A model generated the notes under the pieces. It was not told the DNA's origin. It did not search any database and saw only the letters and a program-made list of their open reading frames with translations. A stretch of DNA of 64,000 nt, from contig CBDCGL010000011.1 in the NCBI GenBank assembly GCA_965216755.1, positions 3,488,001 to 3,552,000 of the forward strand, in the 5' to 3' direction. The position numbers were made by a program, and so were the translations under genes. Below, in pieces: positions 1 to 9,094 of this stretch (positions within the stretch are counted from its first letter, which is position 1; every line of letters starts with the position of its first letter). This stretch comes from Alphaproteobacteria bacterium. Its GTDB lineage: Bacteria; Pseudomonadota; Alphaproteobacteria; UBA7887.

Positions 1-1
1 G

Positions 2-178
2 GTGATCAACGATTGCTTCAGCCCCGGCGCGGCCGCGGTCGATCGAGCAAGACGAATTGTCGCCGCGTTTGCAGAAGGCGACAGTGGCCTGGTGCTGATC
101 GACGGGAAGTTGATTGAAAAGCCTGTGCTGCGTTCCATGCAGCGAATCATCGCGATCGCCGACCGGATCAGTCGCTAG
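2..178 (+). CDS. C-terminal fragment of a CitE/HpcH-HpaI family CoA-ester lyase (runs off the window start)
   Basis: Frame 2 reads VINDCFSP...ARRIVAAF...GLVLIDGKLIEKPVLRSMQRII, a typical CitE-family C-terminus; TAG at 176-178. Confidence 0.7.
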   Translation: MINDCFSPGAAAVDRARRIVAAFAEGDSGLVLIDGKLIEKPVLRSMQRIIAIADRISR

Positions 179-743
179 CGCTGCGCGCCAAGCCATAGAA
201 CACGTCATCGGCGCGCCAAAGGGTGATTGTGACATTGTCGCGGCGCGTCGTTTGTTCGCCGACCTTGGTCAGCGCCGGCGTCAAACGCGTCGCATAGAGC
301 GTGTCGACAACACCGGTCGCCGTATCCCGCAGCTTCACTTGCGCGGCGATGCCGCCCTGGATCGAGCAATAGCGGCCGCCAATCAGCTGATAGCCGGAAA
401 GCACATGCGCCGGTGGTTCGATGACAAAGTCGAGCCGATCAAGCGCGGTTTGCAGATCGGCGAACGCGTCGGTTTCAAACTCCACGGCCAAGGATTTGCC
501 GTGGTTCATGGCGATTTCCGCCAAGACCCCCTGGGTTGTGACCCGCATATGGCTGTAGGTATGAAACACGGCGAACCCAAGCAGCAGAGCCGCCGCAACA
601 GCGGACAGGCGCACATACCAGACCCGGTTGGGCGTTGCCTGGCGGGGCGGCCGCTGCGCCGCGTTCAATATTTCGGTGATTCGCCCATCGGACAACGACT
701 GATCGCCGTAGTAATCGCGCACCAATTTGTCCAGATCACTCAT
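168..743 (-). CDS. Putative membrane-bound anti-sigma factor
   Basis: Short N-terminal region, single TM segment (LSAVAAALLLGFAVF), periplasmic domain with LIGGRYCSIQG; overlaps the ECF sigma stop by 4 nt. Confidence 0.6.
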   Translation of the reverse strand: MSDLDKLVRDYYGDQSLSDGRITEILNAAQRPPRQATPNRVWYVRLSAVAAALLLGFAVFHTYSHMRVTTQGVLAEIAMNHGKSLAVEFETDAFADLQTALDRLDFVIEPPAHVLSGYQLIGGRYCSIQGGIAAQVKLRDTATGVVDTLYATRLTPALTKVGEQTTRRDNVTITLWRADDVFYGLARSASD

Positions 744-1234
744 CGGTCCAAACCTCCGACTTTGCGCTTCGCCGCGTTTGCAGCGTCGCCGCCCAGCGCG
801 GCGCGCAATTTTGCTTTTGCCCGGTGCACCAAGCTCAACACCGTGCCGCGCGCGCTGTCGGTCAGGTCCGCGACCTCTTGGGCCGTGTAACCCTCGACGA
901 CGGTCAAGAACAGCGCCTCGCGTTCGACCGGCCGTAAGGCGCCGAGCGGGCCGGCCAGGTCGCGCGGCAAAATCCGTTCATCCAGCGGCGCGGCCGGATC
1001 CGCGGCTTCGGGCGCGCAGTCCAGGTTTTCGAACACGACCAGGCGGTTGCGTCGGTGCTGATCCAAAAAAAGCCTTCGAATGGTGACGAACATCTCCGGC
1101 TTGGTTGGCGCCATGGCGGCGCGCCGATAGAGCCGGCACCACGCTTCTTGAACAAGATCTTCGGCGTCCGCACGGGTCGCGCGCAAAGACAAGGCATAGC
1201 GAAATCCGGCCTGCAAAAGCGCTCGTTCATCCAT
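740..1234 (-). CDS. ECF RNA polymerase sigma factor
   Basis: Region 2 DAEDLVQEAW; region 4 EREALFLTVVEGYTAQEVA...GTVLSLVHRAKAKLR; start placed at MDERALL. Confidence 0.9.
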   Translation of the reverse strand: MDERALLQAGFRYALSLRATRADAEDLVQEAWCRLYRRAAMAPTKPEMFVTIRRLFLDQHRRNRLVVFENLDCAPEAADPAAPLDERILPRDLAGPLGALRPVEREALFLTVVEGYTAQEVADLTDSARGTVLSLVHRAKAKLRAALGGDAANAAKRKVGGLDR

Positions 1235-1277
1235 GGGTCGTCGACATACTCCGCACACCTGGGTTGGCCGCTTATGA

Positions 1278-1305
1278 TAGACGCAAAATCGACGGCGTTT
1301 CTTGC
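1278..1305 (-). promoter_or_regulatory. Possible autoregulatory ECF-type promoter
   Basis: Minus strand GCAAG-N17-CGTCTA, about 45 nt upstream of the ECF sigma start; CGTC is a common ECF -10 element. Confidence 0.25.
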
Positions 1306-1497
1306 GCACACGCGTGCATATGCGAACGGTTGACCGTGCCGGTCCCGTTTTAGATACGAAACACTGCGGCATTTGATTGCAGGAACGCGTGAAACGTGAC
1401 GAACGGGGCTGTTTTCGAGTAGGTATTTGGCGCGGGCGGCGCCGCCGCCGACGGATTCTCGCCGACGACGCGTTCGATTGGAGCTCGCTCTTGCGCC

Positions 1498-2673
1498 ATG
1501 CCGGTCTTGCTGCTGATAGCCTTTATCGATTTGGTCGGCTTCGGCGTGGTCATCCCGCTTTTGCCGTTCTATGCCGAGCATTTCGGCGCGCCGCCCCACG
1601 TGGTGACGTTGCTGATGGCGGTTTATTCGTTCATGCAGTTCTTGTCGGCGCCGATTTTGGGCACCATCAGCGATCGCTATGGCCGCAAGCCGGTGATCGT
1701 GCTGTCGCTTGCCGGGACCGTCTTGGCCTACATTTTTGCGGCCTTCGCCAGTTCCTTGGCGGCTTTGTTCGCGGCGCGCGCACTGGCCGGGTTGCTGGCC
1801 GGCAATATTTCTGCGGCTCAGGCCTATATCGCCGACATCACGGCGCCTGAGGATCGCGCGCGCGGTATGGGTTTGTTCGGCGCGGCGGTCGGGCTGGGTT
1901 TCATCTTTGGGCCGTTGATCGGCGGGCTGTTGACCGGCAGTGACCCGGCCAATGTCGACTTTCGCTTGCCGATGCTGGTCGCGGCCGGGCTTTCGGCCGT
2001 GGCCCTGGTAATGGCGGTGGTCATCCTGCGCGACCCGGCGCGCCGCCGCGATGGTGCGCAAGGGCCGCGGCGACCGGCCTGGTTTCGGCCGATCATTGCT
2101 GCGTTGTCGCGCCCCGACTTGTCGTTATTGGTGGTTATTTTCTTCCTGGTCATGCTGTCGTTTGCCGGCATGGAATCGACCTTCGCCTTGTGGTCTGAGC
2201 GTCAGTTGGGCTGGGGGCCCCGACAAGTTGGCCTGTTGTTCACATATTTGGGCGTGGTGGCAGTGATCATTCAGGGCGGCTTGATCGGCCGCCTGACGCG
2301 CGCGTTCGGCGAAGAGCGGATTCTGCTGGCCGGCGTCGGTACCTTGATCGCCGGATTTGTCACGCTGCCTGCGGCGACGACACTGACCGCGACTATGATC
2401 GCCGCCGGCCTGTTGGCGGCCGGCTATGCCCTGGCCAACCCCAGCTTGCACAGCTTACTTTCGCGGCGCGCGGGCGGCGATGTCCAAGGCGCGACGTTGG
2501 GTGTTGCACAGGCTGCGGGCAGCTTGTCGCGCTGTATTGCCCCGGCGTTGGCGGGGGCGGTATTCAGCGCTTGGGGTCGTGCGTGGCCCTATTATGTCGG
2601 TACGGTGCTGCTGCTGATGGCGTGTGTGGGCGTTTGGCGGCTGATGCGCAATGGCGCGGTTGAAGCCCGTTAG
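1498..2673 (+). CDS. MFS transporter, TetA/DHA1-like
   Basis: About 12 hydrophobic segments; motif A GTISDRYGRKPV; AYIADIT..EDRARGMG; GFIFGPLIGG. Confidence 0.9.
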   Translation: MPVLLLIAFIDLVGFGVVIPLLPFYAEHFGAPPHVVTLLMAVYSFMQFLSAPILGTISDRYGRKPVIVLSLAGTVLAYIFAAFASSLAALFAARALAGLLAGNISAAQAYIADITAPEDRARGMGLFGAAVGLGFIFGPLIGGLLTGSDPANVDFRLPMLVAAGLSAVALVMAVVILRDPARRRDGAQGPRRPAWFRPIIAALSRPDLSLLVVIFFLVMLSFAGMESTFALWSERQLGWGPRQVGLLFTYLGVVAVIIQGGLIGRLTRAFGEERILLAGVGTLIAGFVTLPAATTLTATMIAAGLLAAGYALANPSLHSLLSRRAGGDVQGATLGVAQAAGSLSRCIAPALAGAVFSAWGRAWPYYVGTVLLLMACVGVWRLMRNGAVEAR

Positions 2674-2679
2674 CGCGGG

Positions 2680-3672
2680 TCACTTCTGGTCCAAGAACGC
2701 CATCCAATTCTTATCGAAGCCGGATGGCAGCGGTGCCCGTGGTGCTTCGATCCACGCGGCGATGTCGGTCAGGACCCGATCGGCCTGCAAGTCGCGGGTC
2801 AGCATGTGATAGCCATCCGGATACACCGCCACCCGGTGGTGACCGTTCAAACGATCCAACATGCGTGCCGTGGGGGCTTTGGGAATGATCTCGTCGCGGG
2901 CGCCATAAAGGACCAGCAAGGGCGCATCGATATGGGGCGCCGCGGCCAACGCGGCGTCCATCATGTTGACCACGCCATAGATCGCCTCGATGCGGGTTTC
3001 CTTGATCACCAACGGGTCGGCGGACAAGGCGCGCAGCATTTCGATATTGTCCGACGGCGTGATCTTCAGGCCGCGGCCGGTGACACTCAGCCACGGCACG
3101 GTATGGGCGCCTAGCCATAAGGCGGCGCGATAAAACGGGTTCATGGTCTCGCGTCCCCACACAGCCGGGGCAATGAGCACTGCGCCCGCGACGTTGGGTA
3201 GCCTGCGATGGGCAAGCGCCGTCATCACCACCGCACCGCCCATGCTTTCGCCGAGCAAATAAAGCGGCACATCTGGATGGCGCGCGCGCACCGTCGCGAC
3301 CATTTGCACGAGATCATCGACCATGGTCTCGACCCCAGCCCAATAGCCGGCCAGGTTGGTGGCGCCGAAGCCGCGCTGGTCGTAGGCGTAGACTTGGATG
3401 CCGGCGTTGGCCAACACGGTTCCCGGTTGGGCAAACGCGTTGCTGTAGTCGTTAAAGCCATGCACGGCGATTACCACCGCGCGCGGATTGACGGCTGTGG
3501 CCTGCCAATGGCGCAGCGGCAGACTGGTGCCGTCGGCGGCGATCAGTTCCGTGCCGTTCAGCGCCGGTGGTGCCAGCGCTGGACCGGCGTGATAGACACC
3601 CGGTGCGCAGGCAGCAAACCAGAGACAGGCCGCGATGGCGATGACCTGGCGCATGGGATTTCGAACCCTCAT
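2680..3672 (-). CDS. Lysophospholipase-like alpha/beta hydrolase, probable lipoprotein
   Basis: HGFNDY, YDQRGFG, nucleophile GESMGG, GYHML; lipobox FAAC. Confidence 0.85.
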   Translation of the reverse strand: MRVRNPMRQVIAIAACLWFAACAPGVYHAGPALAPPALNGTELIAADGTSLPLRHWQATAVNPRAVVIAVHGFNDYSNAFAQPGTVLANAGIQVYAYDQRGFGATNLAGYWAGVETMVDDLVQMVATVRARHPDVPLYLLGESMGGAVVMTALAHRRLPNVAGAVLIAPAVWGRETMNPFYRAALWLGAHTVPWLSVTGRGLKITPSDNIEMLRALSADPLVIKETRIEAIYGVVNMMDAALAAAPHIDAPLLVLYGARDEIIPKAPTARMLDRLNGHHRVAVYPDGYHMLTRDLQADRVLTDIAAWIEAPRAPLPSGFDKNWMAFLDQK

Positions 3673-3737
3673 CCTCTATAAATCGTCCTATCTTCCGCCT
3701 TTTGCCAGTCCTTCTGTTTTGTGAGCCGAGCCGAACG

Positions 3738-4583
3738 ATGAGCTATCGCGATCACGTCCGCAGGTGCAACCAATGGCAGACGGCGCAATTCATGCCGTTC
3801 GATGTGGCTGGTCGTCACGTGGGTTGGTTTCGCCGCGATTGGCTGGACCATATCACCGGCTTCACCGAGATTTTGTCGGTCAGCGCGGATCGCTTGCGAT
3901 TGAGCGATCGCCTCGACGGGCCGGCGGCGCGGACCGCCGCCATGCGCCAGGTGGTGCGCGCGTTGACCGATCGCGGGCTGACTCTGCCCTGGCGCGACGA
4001 ACCCTATCCGGTCGGGACTCGCTTTGGCGAGAATCTGTTCGAGATCGAACGCGCCGGGGCGCCGGGATTCGGCATTCGGGCCTATGGCATTCACGTTAAC
4101 GGCTATGTTCGCCGCGACGATGAAATATCGATGTGGATTCCGCGCCGGGCCGCCGACCGGGCGGTGGCGCCGGGCAAGCTCGACAATATGATTGCTGGCG
4201 GCCAGCCGGCCGGGCTCGGCTTGATGGAAAACCTGATCAAGGAAGCCGATGAGGAAGCGTCGGTGTCGTCGAATCTGGCATGCCGTGCACGACCGGTCGG
4301 CGCGCTCGGCTATCGCATGGCGGTCGACCAGGGTCTACGCGTCGATGTGCTATTCCTTTTTGATTTGGAATTGCCGGCGGATTTTGTTCCCGCCGCGCGC
4401 GACGGCGAGGTCGAGGACTTTCGCCTACTGCCGATCTCCGAGGTCATGGCAATCGTCGATCAGAGCGACGATTTCAAGTTCAACTGCAATCTGGTGCTGA
4501 TCGATTTCTTCGTTCGCCACGGCCTGATCGGCCCCGACCATCCGGACTATCTGGAGCTGATCGCCGGTTTGCGGATTTGCTGA
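3738..4583 (+). CDS. NUDIX hydrolase with DUF4743-type N-terminus
   Basis: WRDEPYPV, IERAGAPGFGIRAYGIHVNGY, PGKLDNMIAGG, Nudix-like KEADEEAS, FKFNCNLV. Confidence 0.85.
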   Translation: MSYRDHVRRCNQWQTAQFMPFDVAGRHVGWFRRDWLDHITGFTEILSVSADRLRLSDRLDGPAARTAAMRQVVRALTDRGLTLPWRDEPYPVGTRFGENLFEIERAGAPGFGIRAYGIHVNGYVRRDDEISMWIPRRAADRAVAPGKLDNMIAGGQPAGLGLMENLIKEADEEASVSSNLACRARPVGALGYRMAVDQGLRVDVLFLFDLELPADFVPAARDGEVEDFRLLPISEVMAIVDQSDDFKFNCNLVLIDFFVRHGLIGPDHPDYLELIAGLRIC

Positions 4584-4678
4584 CGGGCGCACCATGAAGC
4601 GCACCGCAAAAATGACTCGCCGCGACATGCCGCTATACTCGCCGCCATCGCACAATGGCGAAGAGAAGGAGCGGCGTC

Positions 4679-5335
4679 ATGTCCGATCGCGACCTCAACA
4701 AAACCGACCTGTCGCGCGCCAAGCGCTTGCATGAACGCGCCAGCTATGACCGCGAGACGGCCTACGCGATTATCGACGCAACACCGCTTTGCCACGTCGC
4801 TTACGTGGTTGATGGCCGGCCGGTCGTCACGCCGACATTTCAATGGCGCGAAGACGATCGCATCTATTGGCATGGCTCGTCCGCCAGCCGCATGCTGCGG
4901 CGCGCCGCCGCCAATCCCGTTTGCGTTACGGTAACGCTCTTTGATGGGTTGGTGCTGGCCCGCTCAGCCTTCCATCATTCCGCCAACTACCGTTCGGTGA
5001 TGCTGTTTGGTGTCGCCGAAAAGATCGAGGGCGATGAAAAGATCATGCGCCTTCGGAATTTTGTCGAGGGGCTCTATCCGGGCCGCTGGGACGGTCTGCG
5101 GCCGATGACGGACCAGGAACTGAAAGCGACCGCCCTGTTGTCCATGCCGATCGATGAAGGGGCGGCCAAGATCCGTACCGGTCAGCCGGTCGACGACGAA
5201 GAAGATTATGCCCTGCTGATTTGGTCTGGTGTCATTCCGTTGCACACCCAGGTCGACGCCGCCGTTGCCGACCCGCGCAATCTGGACGGAGTCGCCGTGC
5301 CGGACTACGTGGCCAATATCAAGATTGGTGGGTAG
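4679..5335 (+). CDS. Pyridoxamine 5'-phosphate oxidase-like flavin-binding protein (NimA-like)
   Basis: RASYD, YWHGSSASRML, DGLVLARSAFHHSANYRSV, KIRTGQPVDDEED. Confidence 0.85.
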   Translation: MSDRDLNKTDLSRAKRLHERASYDRETAYAIIDATPLCHVAYVVDGRPVVTPTFQWREDDRIYWHGSSASRMLRRAAANPVCVTVTLFDGLVLARSAFHHSANYRSVMLFGVAEKIEGDEKIMRLRNFVEGLYPGRWDGLRPMTDQELKATALLSMPIDEGAAKIRTGQPVDDEEDYALLIWSGVIPLHTQVDAAVADPRNLDGVAVPDYVANIKIGG

Positions 5336-5340
5336 GCGCC

Positions 5341-6282
5341 TTACAGAACGACCGTGCCGTCGGTGACCAGATCTTCAAGCGTTCCGCCCAAACCAGTCAC
5401 GCCTTCAAGAACCGCGACCTGGGTGAACGCACCACCGGCGCTGCCATCACCGTTGACAAGAACGTCGGTATTGCCGGCGCCGTCGTCACGCAACACAACG
5501 AAATCGCCGGCATTGGTCGGATCGCCATCATAGCCGGTAATCAGATCCGACAGCGCCAATTGGTCCTCGGCCAGGGTGAAATCGGTGATGAAGTCGGGGC
5601 CGACAGGCACATCGATGACAAACCGATCGGCGCCGCCATTACCGGTGAGCACATCGGCGCCACCGCCTCCGCGCAAAACATCGGCGCCGGAGCCGCCGAT
5701 CAAGCTGTCGGCGTCGGGCGTTCCCGAAATCACCAAGCCGCCTGGCGCGGCTTCGTCGCCAGGCGGTGTCTCTGGCGCGGTCAAGAACGGGTCCTCCGAT
5801 TCGGTGACCGCGCGCGCCACGGCAGCGGTCGTGGCCTCGGGCGCCGGGGCCAGGTCGCCGCCGTCGGGCAAGGCCAGGTCGATATGATCCGCGTCCAAGG
5901 GATCGAGGGTCACGCTGCCGTCACTGCCGGTGCCGTCATCGCCGATCGCCACGGGTTCCAGCTCCGGCCCCGCCGCCGTGGCCAGCAAATCATCCAGCGA
6001 GGCGATGACCGATGCCGTTTCCCCGGTGCCGAGCGCGATCTCGAACGGCGCGCCGCCTTCGAACAAGGCCGCGCCGCCTTCCAAGCGCACGGTACCATCG
6101 GCAAACATGATCGTGACATCGCCACCGTCGGCGATTAAATCGGCAGCAATCAAGCCGGCCGCGTTGGCGCCCATCACCGTGACACGTTGGCCCGGTTCTA
6201 CGACCACAGTGGTGATCGGTGGCACCTGATACGTCGCGATGACAGCGTCGGTGCGGATGTCGACAATTTGGAGTGTGGCCAT
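5341..6282 (-). CDS. Small RTX Ca-binding protein with a type I secretion C-terminal target domain
   Basis: Nonapeptide repeats GTPDADSLI/GGSGADVLR/GGGGADVLT/GNGGADRFV, then DFITDFTLAEDQLALSDLI...DGSAGGAFTQVAVLEGV; very acidic. Confidence 0.8.
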   Translation of the reverse strand: MATLQIVDIRTDAVIATYQVPPITTVVVEPGQRVTVMGANAAGLIAADLIADGGDVTIMFADGTVRLEGGAALFEGGAPFEIALGTGETASVIASLDDLLATAAGPELEPVAIGDDGTGSDGSVTLDPLDADHIDLALPDGGDLAPAPEATTAAVARAVTESEDPFLTAPETPPGDEAAPGGLVISGTPDADSLIGGSGADVLRGGGGADVLTGNGGADRFVIDVPVGPDFITDFTLAEDQLALSDLITGYDGDPTNAGDFVVLRDDGAGNTDVLVNGDGSAGGAFTQVAVLEGVTGLGGTLEDLVTDGTVVL

Positions 6283-6393
6283 GGTATGGGTCCAACCGCG
6301 CGCGCTCGACGCGCCGTCCTTCACATCTATTCGAAACACCTCATCATTTGGAAATAGCCCAAGCGCCAGGTCGGACCAGGGTCGGACACTGCT

Positions 6394-7938
6394 CTAAGTG
6401 CGCAGTTCCTTTTTCAGAATTTTGCCGGTCGCGTTCATCGGCAGCGACTCGCGCACCTCGATCAAGCGCGGATATTTGTACGCGGCGAGATGTTCCTTTG
6501 ACCAGGCTATCAGCGCGTCCGGATCGATCTGGTGATTGGGTTTGGCGACCACGAACGCCTTGACCTCTTCGCCATATTGGTCGTGCGGCACGCCAATCGC
6601 GGCGGCCAACGAAACGTCCGGGTGCTGTACCAAGACCTCTTCGATCTCGCGCGGATACACATTGAACCCGCCGCGAATAATCATGTCCTTGAGCCGATCA
6701 ACAATGAACAGATAGCCATCTTCGTCCAATTGGCCGATATCGCCGGTATGGAACCAGCCGTCACGAAACGCCTGCTCGGTTTCCTCGGGTTTGTTCAAAT
6801 AACCTTTCATCACGCAATGGCCGCGGACGATCACTTCGCCTGGTTCGCCGACCGCCACGTCTCGGTCGTTATCGTCGACCACGCGCACTTCGACGCCCCA
6901 CACCGGCGTGCCGACGGAACCGGGTTTGCGCGCCCTATGGCCGTGATTGAAGGCGACCACCGGCGAGGTTTCCGACAAACCGTAGCCTTCAAGGATCGGC
7001 ACCTCGAACTTGGCCTCGAAATCGCGCAAAACCTCGACCGGCAACGACGCGCCGCCCGAGGCGCAAATGCGCAGATTGCTTGTGATCTTGTCCAGGTCCA
7101 AGTCATCGGTCGGGTGGTGGACCATGGCCCAATACATGGTCGGAACACCGGCGAAAATGGTGCAGCCCTGGTCTTGGATTGTTTTCAGAACAACACCTGG
7201 GTCGAAGCGTGGGATCAGCACCAGCGTGCCGCCGCGCATGAGGGTGGCGACCATCAAGACGACCTGCCCGAACACGTGAAACATCGGCAGTGTCAGCAAC
7301 AAAACGTCTTCGGTGCCCGAATCGACCAAGTCATACGAAACGACGGCGTTGAGCACGATATTGGTATGCGTGAGTTCGGCGCCCTTGGGATGGCCGGTCG
7401 TGCCCGATGTGTAGAGCACCACCGCGACATCATCGCCGGCGCGCTGGACGGTATCGAAACCGGCGGATTGGGTACCGAGCATGGCACCAAGGGTTTGGGT
7501 CCCCTCAATCGGCGATGGTGCCGTCGGATCCGCGGTGATCATGAAAAAATGGGCGCAATCGTCGGCACGGCCAAAGGCGGCGTAACCGACCTGGCCCAAG
7601 GGAAGATCCGCCGTGCCTTCAAAACAGAACAGCGCTTTGGCACCGGCATCATTGAGGATGTAGGCCACTTCGTCCGGGGTCAGCAGCACATTGATGGGCA
7701 AGATCGTCGCGCCGCATTTCAGCGCGCCATAATAGACCATCGGGAAGTAGGGCAGGTTCGGGCACGACAAGGCGACCACGTCGCCGGGGCCGATGCCCAG
7801 GGCGGCCAGGCCGTTGGCGATCTTGTTGGCGGCGCCGTTCAGTTCCGCGTAGGAAATCGGCTTTCCGTTGAACACCAAGGCGGCATGGCCCGGCCGGTCG
7901 CGGGCGCTCGATTCCAACGTCGCGGCGAGATTGTACAT
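6394..7938 (-). CDS. Long-chain fatty-acid--CoA ligase (FadD/LcfB-like)
   Basis: YTSGTTGHPKG, EGYGLSETSP, WFHTGDIG, IIRGGFNVYPREIEEVL, ATGKILK. Confidence 0.92.
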   Translation of the reverse strand: MYNLAATLESSARDRPGHAALVFNGKPISYAELNGAANKIANGLAALGIGPGDVVALSCPNLPYFPMVYYGALKCGATILPINVLLTPDEVAYILNDAGAKALFCFEGTADLPLGQVGYAAFGRADDCAHFFMITADPTAPSPIEGTQTLGAMLGTQSAGFDTVQRAGDDVAVVLYTSGTTGHPKGAELTHTNIVLNAVVSYDLVDSGTEDVLLLTLPMFHVFGQVVLMVATLMRGGTLVLIPRFDPGVVLKTIQDQGCTIFAGVPTMYWAMVHHPTDDLDLDKITSNLRICASGGASLPVEVLRDFEAKFEVPILEGYGLSETSPVVAFNHGHRARKPGSVGTPVWGVEVRVVDDNDRDVAVGEPGEVIVRGHCVMKGYLNKPEETEQAFRDGWFHTGDIGQLDEDGYLFIVDRLKDMIIRGGFNVYPREIEEVLVQHPDVSLAAAIGVPHDQYGEEVKAFVVAKPNHQIDPDALIAWSKEHLAAYKYPRLIEVRESLPMNATGKILKKELRT

Positions 7939-8047
7939 CCTGTCCTCTTCAATTCGGTCCTTCGTCGTTTCGCATTATGGCGAAGTTGCCCGTTTGTGTT
8001 CGATTTTTCGTCGGTTCGTGCGGGTCGTGGGGCGAATCCGCGCAAAC

Positions 8048-8114
8048 AAAAAGCCACCCCGGGGAGGAACGGGGTGGCGGAGCAGTGGCAGTCTTGGGGA
8101 GGGAGGAAAACGGC
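8048..8114 (-). ncRNA. Candidate two-hairpin sRNA with CCUCC loops (alpha-r14/cuckoo-like), ending in an intrinsic terminator
   Basis: Minus strand: GTTTT-CCTCCCTCCCC-AAGAC hairpin, then GCCACCCCG-TTCCTCCC-CGGGGTGGC followed by TTTTT. Confidence 0.55.
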
Positions 8115-8141
8115 GTCGTAACGTTTAGCGCGCGCGGCTGT

Positions 8142-8249
8142 TTACCCGCTTGGTGGTATTCGTCGCGCCGCGGTGGGCGGCCGGGTCAGGGCCGCGACCG
8201 CGCTGGTCACAAGAACAAAGGCAAAAATGAAAGCGGTGGTGGTCAACAT
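8142..8249 (-). CDS. Putative 35-aa single-TM peptide
   Basis: MLTTTAFIFAFVLVTSAVAALTRPPTAARRIPPSG: hydrophobic helix plus basic tail; weak RBS. Confidence 0.35.
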   Translation of the reverse strand: MLTTTAFIFAFVLVTSAVAALTRPPTAARRIPPSG

Positions 8250-8374
8250 GGCGGTCAATCCAGGTTCTCGACATCGCATCCACAAGTTCGTGTCTCGATC
8301 TGCGCACCACAATAGGCGATGCACCGCCCCGACGCTGTGAACTGCTTCACGCGGCGAAAATTTTTTTTCGAGAT

Positions 8375-9073
8375 CTAGAACCGTGCCGCCGACGTCGGAA
8401 TATCCCAAATAGGCCCGGTCAGGCCGAAACGCGCGAAGATGGCGCGCGCCTCGTCGGCGGTCCACTTGCGGCAGTCCGCGTCCAAATGGCGCCCATACCA
8501 AACTTGCGCAAATCGAAAGACTTTTTCGATCGGTTGCACGTCGCCCTTGGCAATGCCGTGGCGTGCGCACCACGCATCGATCGCGGTTTCGCTGTCGAAC
8601 ACCAACATGGTACTACATGTATAGATAACGTTATCCCAGGCATGTTTCATGGCAACGGGAAAGTGAACCAGCAGGGAGTCGGGTGAAATCGCCGCGTCGG
8701 TGATATTGATCGTCACCGGTTGGTCGTGGGCGCCAAGTGTCGTCGTGATCGTGACATTACCGCCCAGCAGTGCGGCAATGCCGAGCGAACACCAGGCGCA
8801 ATTGCCCCACCATATGTCGCTGCCGCGGCGGACCAGAAAATTGGTCGGTGCCAGGGAAAACGGGTGGGCCACCCAAATGCGCGTGCTGTTTGGGTGCAAG
8901 ACCACGCCATGGTCGTCGGCGAGCCGCCGCAAACCGGCTTCAAGGGCCGGCCGCGGCTGATCGAAATGGGCGGCCAAGGCGGTGGCATCAGGGGCCCGGC
9001 CGGTATCGACGATGTGGCGCAGGATGGCGTGATGTAAAGCCGACCCGGTCAAAGGTGGCGCGGTCTTGGTCAT
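8375..9073 (-). CDS. Alkylmercury lyase (MerB)-like protein
   Basis: N-terminal HTH-like region; IWVAHPFS..PTNF, WWGNCAWCSLG, YTCSTMLVF. Confidence 0.75.
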   Translation of the reverse strand: MTKTAPPLTGSALHHAILRHIVDTGRAPDATALAAHFDQPRPALEAGLRRLADDHGVVLHPNSTRIWVAHPFSLAPTNFLVRRGSDIWWGNCAWCSLGIAALLGGNVTITTTLGAHDQPVTINITDAAISPDSLLVHFPVAMKHAWDNVIYTCSTMLVFDSETAIDAWCARHGIAKGDVQPIEKVFRFAQVWYGRHLDADCRKWTADEARAIFARFGLTGPIWDIPTSAARF

Positions 9074-9094
9074 CAACCGTCTCGGCCGGGGCGC

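Noticed and set aside
1498-2673. Tetracycline resistance gene
   Set aside because: TetA-like fold only; no tetR or mobile context, and substrate cannot be inferred from motifs.
6532-8121. Long alternative ORFs (529 aa here; also 904-2061, 13377-14432, 18905-20338, 33171-34253, 35592-36833, 49286-50455)
   Set aside because: Antisense shadows of well-supported genes in high-GC DNA, with no recognisable motifs.
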